A DNA stretch of 64,000 bases from Elsinoe ampelina (taxonomy: Eukaryota), in the NCBI GenBank assembly GCA_010093995.1, contig ML992503.1, positions 1,689,356 to 1,753,355 of the forward strand, in the 5' to 3' direction. Made by a program: the position numbers and the translations under genes. The notes beneath the pieces are model-generated. The model worked only from the letters and a program-made list of their open reading frames with translations, searched no databases and was not told the origin of the DNA. Shown here in pieces: positions 47,355 through 57,933 of this stretch (its first letter is position 1; the number at the start of each line of letters is the position of its first letter).

Positions 47355-47682
47355 GGAACCACGCAGATGCTCGCAGCAGACATAGCTCGACGCACATGCA
47401 GGCTTGGAGCATGGACTTCACACGGTCGCACAACCAAGGACGACAGACGAGAGAGGCAGATCAAGCGAGGTCGGCGGAAAGAATTCAACAATGTATGATA
47501 TGAATGGCAAGATCGCGGTATAACAAGCCAGCCGCTGGGCGATCGTTTCTGGTGAATCCGTCTCGCCGTCTCCTGTTATCACGACGGGAAGCCGGAACAT
47601 GTCGCTCCATAGCGCAAATCAGATACCAATCCTCCCACATTTTACACTCCCACATTCCCCATCCCACATCCATTCTCCCCCC

Positions 47683-50058
47683 TCACGCACCCCCAAACCC
47701 CTCCGCGTTCCCAAACAACACAAACTCATTCGCCTCGGCCAACATCTTATCCGCCGCCGACTGATTCCTCTGCATGACGGCACTAACCGACATCCTCCCA
47801 TCCCTCGCCCCCGTCCCCGGACTCTGCCCCGACCCACCCGACGACAACTGCGAGGACCCCCTCCCCTGCGTGCCCCCGCACAACAAAGGCGTCGTCTGCT
47901 CAATCATATCGATGTCAAACTCGACGGTATGGGACAATTGATCCACCAACGCCCTCAACACCCTGAGAGACTTATTCGCGCCGTTGTCATGACACCTCAT
48001 GGCCGCCAGCAGCCGAATGCCCTGCTCGGCCTTCTTCCACGCCTCCCCTGGGCGGGTGGTGCCTTTGTGGGACGCGATGAGGAAGACGAGCGTGAGGACG
48101 GACAGGAAGACGGTGTAGGTCTGGAACCACGACGAGGGTTCGAGGAGGGATTGTTTCTGGTACGTCTCGGCGAAGCTGATGGCTTTGGAGGCGGTTTTGA
48201 TGCAGGTGAGGACTCGTTGGGAGCGGGTGCGGGAGATGGCCGTGTTGTTGGCCATGGAGATGGCGTGGTGCATGAAGGGCATGTAGAGCATGAGTTGGCA
48301 GGAGTACGTGGTCATTTCGAGTTCGGCTTTGGCGCTGGGAGGGAGCGGGTTAGTGGGAGGCGACAGGGGGTGAGGGGAAGGGACGTACATGGCTGTCATT
48401 TTTTGGTTGGAGATTTTGGCGGTGCTGGCGGAGCAGCGCTCGATTAGTTCTTGCAGGCGGGCTTCGACGCTGCCGAGTTGGCTGAGGTCGATGTCTTCTT
48501 TTGCTTCGTCGGTGGAGATGACCATGTCTTCGGTAGAATGGGAAAAGGTCTTGTCGAGTCCTTCTTTGGTGATCTCGAGTAGGAGGAAGTGGCAGGACGA
48601 AGGTGACGAGCGATCCAATTCTGTTGCCAGATGAGAGTCATATCGGCTTTGGACGGACGCCCAGATTTCGTCCGCGACTTGCTTCCGTTGCAGAGCCAGC
48701 GGGAGATCAAGGATGGAAGTGAGGTAGAGATGGAGCTTTAGTGTAACGATGAGGAGATCCTTGCCCCTGTGTGGTGGAAGCATACCTTGTGGACTCGATC
48801 TTGGCTGGAGCCGATGTAAGCCAAGCTGCAAGATCCATGAGCAGGAGATGGCGCTGAACGTATGGGCAGAGGTGATATCTGATATTGATATCAGGTAGAC
48901 CACTATGCACAGGACTGCTTGCAGAGACATGACGTCCTCACACCGGGCCACGTTTAACAAACCCTGGGCGGCGCTGAAATGCTGGGCTCTACATGTCAAT
49001 CAGTAATTGCACGTGAAGACTTTTGAGATTACTCACGCCATTTCCAGACTCGACTGACACCCCAATTCCGCATGTCGTTGACGACCTCGAGCATAGCCAG
49101 AGGTTGCCACGCCATGTAGTAGCGCCTTCTCCGAGGTCGACAGTCTCTTCTCGGAGAATTTGTCCAGAAGTTTCACAAGCTCGGATTCGGTCAAGATTTG
49201 AAAGAGGAGCAGATGCTCGGAAAAAGTACAGCTGAAGAGAGCGACAAGCGTGGGACTGTCTGGCAGGGGGATTGCTCGATTTGCCTCGTGGTGCTTTTTC
49301 AATTGTGGATTCCTCGCACAGAATAGATCTGTGACGGCATTGTGCAAGCGAGTGGTCCTCTCGTCAGGTAGAGGCATTTCTTGGAATGTCTTGCTTATCC
49401 TGTAAACAAGCGAATGACCACTGATCGGTCCAAAGAACATGTTGGATGAGGCATGCCCCTCCCCTTCGGACTTGTCCGAGTGATTGGAAGGAGAAGTGTG
49501 CTCCTGTGTCGAGGTAGATTGAACTTGAGCGTATTGCTCTGTGTTCTCGGGAGCACCAGCTTGAGTTGCATCCTCGTCGCCGATGTTGGTGGGATCAAGC
49601 TTTTCCAGAAGAGCATCCAATTGAGCACGACCAAGACTGTGGTCGCCCACTTCTCGGGCGGCAAGCAGCATTCCCCGAGTCGCTCTGAGCGTCTCTTCGA
49701 GAATGCGGATTCGCTTGGTCGGCGGTAAGGGAGGTCTGACCCTCCCTTCATAGCTACATTCTGCTCGCACTTGTCAGTACGACACAACAATCTTGTGATA
49801 CGCATTGAGGCAAATCGTACAAACACAACCGATTAACGTACCGTGGCCTATGTCGATACAGTGTTTGCACGGCTCCTCTCCATCGCATCTCGTCTTACGT
49901 AGCCGACATTCGTCGCAGGCTTGATTGTCGTCAGTCATGTTCCTTACGTTCAGAAGTATTTTGGACTACTTACCTCTGACAGATCTGCGAGCATACTTTC
50001 GCCGTCGAACATTCTCTCCCTCGGTCGCAACACTGGATGCGTCTCTTTTCTCTGCCAT
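47683..50058 (-). CDS. Zn(II)2Cys6 transcription factor with fungal middle-homology region (about 4 introns)
   Basis: Spliced zinc cluster ACDECRLRKTRCDGEEPCKHC...ECSY at about 49920-49750; FFGPISG and LQLGLHR motifs downstream. Confidence 0.85.
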
Positions 50059-50628
50059 CGTCTACCTCGACTTGTATTCAGCGAAGCATCCTGCCTCACT
50101 GGAGAAGTGAGATTACCGGGAGTTTGACCGCCGTCGCCGAATCAACTCAGTATGAGTGCTCGGCGCCGAAAGAAGCACGGAATCAACTATCAGGTACCGT
50201 GTTAGTTTATGATGCCGGTAAGGACTTTATCGGTTGGCACGAACAGTCTAATTGCGGTCAATGTTGTAGCTACGTACGATGAACATCTTGGTTGCGGGAG
50301 ACAGAATGGAGGGTCCCTCGAATCACGCTGTAAGGGCCTTCGTACGATACAACCAGTCCCGGACATTCGGAGGCAAGTGTAAGATCAATGGCACGTGAAA
50401 TGCACGCGATTAATTTTCTGCCCGTCCCTGCCGCCGGGTTGCAACCTCGTGATGCGGCATTTGACGAGATTCCGAGCTTCCGCGAGTCAGCCACCGTCAT
50501 GACATTCTGACCTCACCTGCGCTTCCGAAATTGAAGGATTCATCGTCAACAGCCCCCATCGACACAAAGCTGTCTTGACATAAGAAGACATACTAAGACC
50601 TTCTACGCCAGCTCCGCTTCGACCAGGC

Positions 50629-51912
50629 ATGTCTCGACCAGCGATGCGCATGCTGTCATCCAGGTGGCAGCATCTTCAACCACTCGCAACTGCCACCAGG
50701 ACAGCTCGACTGGGCTGCAGATGTTCCTCTCGGTACAGCCAAGCTGGCGCACGATCAGCCGCCACGACTATCAATGCGCCGAGAAGCACCGAGCAGGCAT
50801 CGAGCGACCCCTACATCAAGGACGAGGCAATCAATCAAGAGATCACCCGGCAGGACAAGCTGAGGCGCATACGCTATGCATCATGGTCATTATTTTTTAG
50901 CACGATAGCGACAGGAGTCGTAGCGTACCAGATCCTAGGGGAGATGGATAAGGAGAATAACAAGCGCTCGATCCAATTGGAGAGCTCGAGCGATGTGAAT
51001 GCCAAATTCCAAGGTCTACCAGTCCACACAATCGGGGCTGGAGATGACAAGCGTATCGTGGCTGAAGGACCGCAAGACATCGACCTGGTCGAGACTGGGA
51101 CATCCAGCGTCCCTTACTTCCCGAAGACCATCTTCCTTCCCACGACCTCTCTCGGCTCCGCCCAACCCAACACCCCTTCCAACCCTGGCAATCTTCGGAA
51201 CGACGAAGAGTACACCTTAGTCGGTCTCGGCATCCGCACAGTCTCTTTCCTCTCCATCCAAGTCTACGTCATGGGTCTCTACGTACGAAACTCGGACCTC
51301 TCCGTCCTCCAAAAACGCTTGATCCACTACATCAACCCCTCCGCCTCCACTCTCGTCCCTTCGGAGAAAGAACAACTCGGCGCCGCCCTCTCCGACCCGA
51401 CAAAGAGCACAGAGATCTGGGACATGCTCCTCGCGGCGTCCACCGACATCAAGTCCGCCTGGCGCATCTCCCCTACACGAAACACGGACTTCGCCCACCT
51501 CCGCGACGGCTGGATCACGGGTATCAAGAAAGGCACACAAGCAGCTCAGGCGGCGGTACAGGCCAGGGCATCAGGGCCGGTAGGGACCGAGTACGATTCT
51601 GAAGAGTTTGGAGACGCGGTGAAGCGGTTCAAGGATATTTTCCACGGAGGCGGGAAGGCGGCCAAGGGTTCGGTGGTGACGTTGGCTAGGGATGAGAAGG
51701 GCGGGTTGAACATCTACTTCGAGGACCCGAAGGCGGGCGGGAAGCAGGAGAAGCTCGGGACTGCACAAGATGGGCGGGTGAGTAAGCTGATATGGCTGGG
51801 GTATCTGGCCGGGAAGAACGTGAGCAGTGAGGCTGCGAGGAAGGGTGTGGCGGAGGGGTTGTTGACCTTGACAGCGAGGCCGGTGGGGAGTGCGGAGACG
51901 ATGGTCACGTAA
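50629..51912 (+). CDS. AIM18: Mitochondrial chalcone-isomerase-fold protein (Aim18/Aim46 family)
   Basis: YTLVGLGIRTVSFLSIQVYVMGLY, RISPTRNTDFAHLRDG and YLAGKNVSSEAARK motifs; presequence and one TM helix. Confidence 0.85.
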   Translation: MSRPAMRMLSSRWQHLQPLATATRTARLGCRCSSRYSQAGARSAATTINAPRSTEQASSDPYIKDEAINQEITRQDKLRRIRYASWSLFFSTIATGVVAYQILGEMDKENNKRSIQLESSSDVNAKFQGLPVHTIGAGDDKRIVAEGPQDIDLVETGTSSVPYFPKTIFLPTTSLGSAQPNTPSNPGNLRNDEEYTLVGLGIRTVSFLSIQVYVMGLYVRNSDLSVLQKRLIHYINPSASTLVPSEKEQLGAALSDPTKSTEIWDMLLAASTDIKSAWRISPTRNTDFAHLRDGWITGIKKGTQAAQAAVQARASGPVGTEYDSEEFGDAVKRFKDIFHGGGKAAKGSVVTLARDEKGGLNIYFEDPKAGGKQEKLGTAQDGRVSKLIWLGYLAGKNVSSEAARKGVAEGLLTLTARPVGSAETMVT

Positions 51913-52111
51913 GTAGACGAGAAATGGAGGAGATTTATGGCACGATATGAAAGATGATGTGGATCAAAAGCGGACTATCGCTACTGTACATCTACGGCCT
52001 TCAAAGGCAGCAATTACCCCCCGTCTTTCCCCCAGTCTATATATGTCATGACGTGCGTCTCTTTTGTGCATGTGTCCTTGCTTTTGCTCAGAGCACCTTC
52101 CAGCATCCCCT

Positions 52112-53483
52112 TCATGCCTTGATCGACAAGTTGGGCTGCTGAACGAATCTCGCCGCAGCGATGCAAATCGCCCCAGCCATCAATGCGGACCCGCCGAATG
52201 CCGCACCAGGAAAGAAGCCATACTTGGACACAATAGCGCCTGCAATAGGACTACCTGTCAGACCCGCGATACCGAACGCCGCCATGGCTTGTCCCATGTA
52301 TGTGCCGATGAATTGCGGGTTTGGTACAACCGCGGCCAGTCCAGCAGGGAACAAAGAGAAGATGCCGCCCGAGGTGAACCCGAAGATGATGGTCCAGCCG
52401 ATGAGTCCACCTTCCGTCGAAGTCGATGGCCAGCAGAAGATCATGACCGAGTTTACCGCCGCGACGAGAGTGAGCAGCGTGAGAGTCCCTGCTTTGTCCG
52501 CGAGAATTCCGAATACCAGACGACCGAAGAGCGATGCGCCATTGAGCACGGAGAGGAGATAGAAAGCCAGGTCCGTGGTAGTGCCGATCTTGACGATGGC
52601 GTAGTCCGAGAGGAAGAAGAAGACGACGAACACACCCCAGATAAGGAAAAAGACGCCCATGACCACCAGGACGTAAGAGAGTTGCTTCAGTGCTTCTGGA
52701 GCGAAAAGACGACCCTTGCGGGGCGGGAGACGCTCCTTGATGAGCGCGCAGGCGATAGCCAGCAGGGAAGCAAAGACGAAGCCTACGCCGCGGACGCCCC
52801 AGCCGAAGCCGACGTGAGAGTTGAAGGCGCTCTCGAGTGATATAGGTATGAGCACGCCGCCAATGGAGGAACCAATCGCGACCAGACCCAGAGCTGCGCC
52901 GCGCTTTTTCGCGAAGTAGTGACCAATCACAGAGATGGCTGGTGAGAAGAGGAATCCATTAGCAAAACCACCTAGTATCTGCGCGAGGATGAATTGCCAG
53001 TACTCCGTGCACAGACTGGTGAACATGATAGCCAGGACGTAGACAAAGGAGGCTGGTATCATAATGACTCGTGCTCCGAAGCGGTCGAAGAGGGCACCGG
53101 CGATCAGACCGCCGGAGAACATGAAGAAAAGCTGTATCGAGCCGAGCCAACTGATCTCGGACGTTGTGCGATCTCCGAGGAGTGCAGGATGACCATATGC
53201 TGGACTTCCGAGAGAAAGGAACGACTGGTATACACCGAAGCTGGAGGCGTATCCTGGTTTCAATGGTCAGTACAGGAAGGGCAGATAGATTGGGATGGTA
53301 TTGTAGCGCACCGAAACTGCAGCCGTTGATGATCATAGCTCCGAGGACGACTAGCCATGCTCTTGTGCCTTCATCAGGAACGCTCATGTGTGGTGGTGTG
53401 GGCTTCGGCTCTTCCGAGGCGGTACTCATAGCTTTCTCCTCATCGTGGGGAGCTCCCTTCTCGAGGTTCTGTTGCGGGTCCAT
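52112..53483 (-). CDS. MFS monocarboxylate-transporter-like protein; intron 53254-53311
   Basis: PDEGTRAWLVVLG, FGYASSFGVYQ, ISWLGSIQLF, GALFDRFG and HYFAKKRGAALG motifs. Confidence 0.9.
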
Positions 53484-53908
53484 TTGTGCGGGGTAAGTTT
53501 TGGTTGGATGTCAGGGAGGTTGAAGTCCGTCGTCGGGACTGTGACGGTGGAGGTTTTGAGACCTTTGTACTACCACCAAGGGGTGTTTGGAGCGAATTTG
53601 ATGAGTAGCTATCCTTGCGGATCAATGCGAAATAAGTATGATTGCGACGACAAGGCGTCCGACTCTTCACTGCAGCTCGCTGTTGACGCTTCGGAGATAC
53701 GCCAAGTATATCTCGGGCGTAAGTCCCAAAGCGGATTTACAGCCGAGCATCGGCCCATTCTTGCTCCATCTCCGACAGGCGGCCGTTGGTTGAATTTGCT
53801 CCTTCAGCCACTGCAAGTCCTGTGAGCGGAGCGTTTGTAATCCCGTGATCTCCAGATCGAATGGTCAGCTCTTGGTCGTCATGCGGGCGATCAGTGTCAG
53901 CAACGTGC

Positions 53909-56101
53909 TCATGAGTCCAGGGCAGGCCACATTGTGTCTGGCATGACGCTATACCATGGCCAGTCCCAATCGTTCAGCAGAGTCAGTTGATCTCCACTTG
54001 ACAGATCCGCGAAGCTATTCCACTCTTCCTGCTGGACGATATTACGACTGCTTTCAAGAGCCCGGGTCGCTTCGTCAAGCATCTCATCCATCGTCTCTGC
54101 GAGCGAGTTCACCACTGCCCTTCCTTCGGGGCTATCAAGCTCCACGTCAACCAATCCCTTCTCCACGAACAATCGGTACCTCACCTCGACAGAGCGCAAC
54201 AGCGCCGGAAATGCGACATTCTCACGTATGCACGAGAAGCTGAGATCCATCGTACATCGTTTGGTCTTCAGAGCCAGCCGAATCTTTCGGAAGATGTGCG
54301 AGGAGTCCAACGCAGCTGGCGAGATTCCCCTGAGGGCGAGCAGCGTCGGGTCGGCGAGAGACTTTTGCAGAAAGGTGAGCAGATAGCCTATGGCATTATC
54401 GATAGTCACTCGAATGAAAGACATGAGTAATATTTGCCATCCTTTCACGCACTCCGGCGATACGGTTCTCGCAACTGTATCGAAAAGTGCATTGAAGATG
54501 TCGAGCACTTGTAGCGCAGGAGTGACCATGTCCTGCGTCAATCTAGTGCGTAAAGCACTGTCTTCCTGCTCCAGCAGCAGTCCCAGCAGGGCGACGTGAG
54601 TGCGATAGAAGAGAATGGCGTTCATTGAGTTCCGTATCGTAGATAGTAGACCTTGACTCGACTCGTCAACGGGTTGTGGGTGTGGACTGGCTGCGAGAGA
54701 TCCGTTTCTCAAGTCCTCAAGTAGCTCTCTGACCTCATCTTCAGGCATGCCGGACCGGCTACTGAATGTCAATTGCAACGATTTAGCCAGCACGGGCAGC
54801 ATTTCCATAAATTCGGCTCCATGATCGTCCCGTCTTTCCTGTGCCTGATGCCCTACGTCGACATCAAAGTCTGACGGCCGAAGTAGGAATGGCATTCCGG
54901 TCTCCAAACAGTGAAGGTATTCTAGGCGAGTATATGTGACGAAAATGGTGCGTCGAATGCTTGCCTCGCGATCGTCCATCACCTTCATAGCCATGTTCGG
55001 ATCACGATGTAGTCCGAGGCAGAACACCAATCTTTGCGATAAACCTAGCATGCCTGCGATACCATTGTTGCCATCTGACCAGCCGAACGACAGGAGCTTG
55101 AATACCACCAATGCCAGTAGAGCTTGGATCGTGGCAAGTGGTGATCTATGCGTTGCTGCAGACGCGCTGAATGCATGCTGCTGTGCAAGTAGAGCCAAGT
55201 CATCCGCTTTATCTCGCTTCAAGGCATAGCCGCCGTCGGCGAGTGGAAGTACCGGTGTGACATATCCAAGTGCCAAGATCGACGCTAGAAGTGCAAGCCA
55301 CGAATGCGTCACAGCGTCTCTGTTCTGCAGGAAGAGGAAGAGTTCTTCTTCAAATACAGCTCGCTCAACAATGGGGACCATCTCGTTGATGCTACCAAGA
55401 AATCTGTTCACCAGAATACGGCACTCATTGTCGCCCGGTATATTAGTAAGTAGTGATTGCTGGCTTTCCCCAGGAATGGCTGAAGCAAGGTTTAGAATTG
55501 TATCGTGCGACTTGGGACCAAAATAAGCATGCATGTCAAACAGTCGCTGCCACTGCTTTTGCAGTTGGACCGCTGCTTGGCCGTAGAAGACGTCCGAGAA
55601 GTTTGCGGGCACACTCCATGCTGAACTCCCAATATAATAGTTCAATTTGTTCTCTTTACGAGCTAGCCTGCCACGAGAGAAGACGTTTTTTTGAACCGGT
55701 AGTCCATTTTGACCAGCACATGATTGCGGCTGCGGTCCGTTTGGTTGAGAAGACCGTCTATTGGATAGTGGCGGTACGAAGCGAGTCCCTGGAGCTGCAG
55801 ACCCAGAGAGAGCCTGCTCAATTCGAGAGATCCTCGCTTCTACTACATCTGGTCGGTTTCCGCTATCCTTGCGTGGAACTGATGGTGCTGAGAATCCATC
55901 ATCAATGGCATACACACAGTCTTCTGTACGCTTGTGACGGACACAGCTAAGGCAAGGATGAGCTCTGTCGCATCCAACCTTCCTGCTGCGACAAGGTAGA
56001 CACGAGAGAGTCTCGCGGTGCCTCTTCCTCTTCTTGGCTTCCGTGGCTCGAGGCTCGTCCTGCTCGAACGAGGCTTGAGTCATATGCCGTGAGCGTATCA
56101 T
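53909..56101 (-). CDS. Zn(II)2Cys6 transcription factor, intronless (start 56101 or 56083)
   Basis: SCLPCRSRKVGCDRAHPCLSCVRHKRTEDC zinc cluster; LGLHRDP motif. Confidence 0.9.
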   Translation of the reverse strand: MIRSRHMTQASFEQDEPRATEAKKRKRHRETLSCLPCRSRKVGCDRAHPCLSCVRHKRTEDCVYAIDDGFSAPSVPRKDSGNRPDVVEARISRIEQALSGSAAPGTRFVPPLSNRRSSQPNGPQPQSCAGQNGLPVQKNVFSRGRLARKENKLNYYIGSSAWSVPANFSDVFYGQAAVQLQKQWQRLFDMHAYFGPKSHDTILNLASAIPGESQQSLLTNIPGDNECRILVNRFLGSINEMVPIVERAVFEEELFLFLQNRDAVTHSWLALLASILALGYVTPVLPLADGGYALKRDKADDLALLAQQHAFSASAATHRSPLATIQALLALVVFKLLSFGWSDGNNGIAGMLGLSQRLVFCLGLHRDPNMAMKVMDDREASIRRTIFVTYTRLEYLHCLETGMPFLLRPSDFDVDVGHQAQERRDDHGAEFMEMLPVLAKSLQLTFSSRSGMPEDEVRELLEDLRNGSLAASPHPQPVDESSQGLLSTIRNSMNAILFYRTHVALLGLLLEQEDSALRTRLTQDMVTPALQVLDIFNALFDTVARTVSPECVKGWQILLMSFIRVTIDNAIGYLLTFLQKSLADPTLLALRGISPAALDSSHIFRKIRLALKTKRCTMDLSFSCIRENVAFPALLRSVEVRYRLFVEKGLVDVELDSPEGRAVVNSLAETMDEMLDEATRALESSRNIVQQEEWNSFADLSSGDQLTLLNDWDWPWYSVMPDTMWPALDS

Positions 56102-57933
56102 TGTCGCTGCTCTAGTCAACTGTCAACGAGCGGCTTGGACACCGCTATGGAGTGATGCGTGTATCAAAGAGGCCGGTCGTTGTCAGGCGAGTGCCCAGAG
56201 GCGAACGACTATCAGGTCGGAATCGTCTGTTCAGTATGCCTCTCCGCAGAGCGCTAGCTGCCAAGTATGACTGTAGAAGCAGAGCAGACCTGCTTCTCCA
56301 AAATCTCGAGTCTGATGTCAAGTTGTGTATGTGATGCAGAGAAACATGCTGTCTTCTCCGGACATTGCGAAGTCCGCGTGAGATCATGTGATCAGCCCCA
56401 CTTTGACAAGCTTGGCAAACCATCGCATTTTCAGCCGCGCGCCGGCATGAGAAGAGCCTCGCCGAGGTCGACAACCACGACCTCATCGTGTGGCCCTGTA
56501 CGAACGCTACACGGCACAGCTTACTCATTGGCCCTGCATCGAAATACCTCCGTGTTCCAAGCCTGATCCGAGTCGATGCTATATCAAGCTGCATATCGCT
56601 CCATGCAATACCGGAGCTCATGCGGTGCCAGTTGCGAGGAATCGATATGTTTTTCTCTCTTAGCATGTCCAGACAACATGTTGGCATCTCCAATGGACAG
56701 GTCTTTCTCATGAGACTGCCAAATTCATTGACGGAGCAGGTTTATTCAATGACATCTCGCGACATGTGTCGGCCGGGGAAGAGAGCCATCTGGTAGAAGC
56801 AGGATGACAGTAGGCCTGAAGTTGAGAACGGCAAGTCGGATCAAAGCAAGAATATCCGGCTTGTCCTCTCCTCCGTCTCCAGCCGACTCCACCACCACCC
56901 CTCATGCTTCTTGGCAGCGCTCTTGGTACCCGCGCACCAGATTTGGCCACCGGATGGCTTATCAGGAGGTCAAAAGCATGGGCGCTCTGCATTGGCAAGT
57001 GAGAAAGTCTGCCCGGTCATGCGATGGAGAGCAGATGACGAAATTGATATCGTATCTGGTATGGCAGCAGTTCTGACAACGTGCTTCGATCTCAGCCCGC
57101 ACACTTTCCGCTTCCCCACAAGACAAACTCGCGATACCAATCGACGGTCATACTTCTACCCTTGCGAACCATAATCTTTGATCGACGGGAATTTGGGTTT
57201 GGAGATTGGCAGTGGCATTCACGGCACCAAGTCGTTGTGGAAGCTATCTCAATGACGCGACGGCTTGCAAAAGTACGGAACGTTGCCGGGCTGTTTGGAA
57301 CCTTGAACCGCAGTTGTCGTCACTTTTTCGGAGGCTTCAGCTTTCCTGCTCTTTGTATGCACACTGACAGCACCATTCATTCTCAATCTTGCGTGGCCAA
57401 TATGGAATCTTTGCAAGGGTTCGGTCATAAGCATGCTCGTCACAGTTGCATCCTTATCGCTCACTGCACAAGAATTTCGAAGACTTCCAGAAGGCCACTA
57501 AACGATACCAAGGGCTGGGCAAGCCAGGGTGACGTACGGGTTGAGCGCTCCTCCGTGTTTTCTCACACATCCGCAACCACCTCTGCCGCTCTCCTACTGC
57601 AGGCATTTGACTTCCGCCTCCATCCTCCCAGCCCTCCGCTAGCCTTGGCTCTCAACACCTCTGTTCTCTGCTATCGTCCGGCCTTGGCTTGGACATATGA
57701 TTGGCTACGTCGACTATATGTCACGGGAAGCCGAGAAGTGTTGGTCAAACTCTGGGTCATGGATCGTGGACAGGTAAAGATAAGTACTCCTCTCCCGCCC
57801 GTGTCATAGTGGTTCGATTCAACGACATTGTTCGGTCAGACTCACCTAAGAGCCCTCTCGTTTCATTGCTCTTCTTCCTCCCAGCACTTACCCCTGCACC
57901 AATCTATACTTGCATGGCAGATATCCCCTCAAC

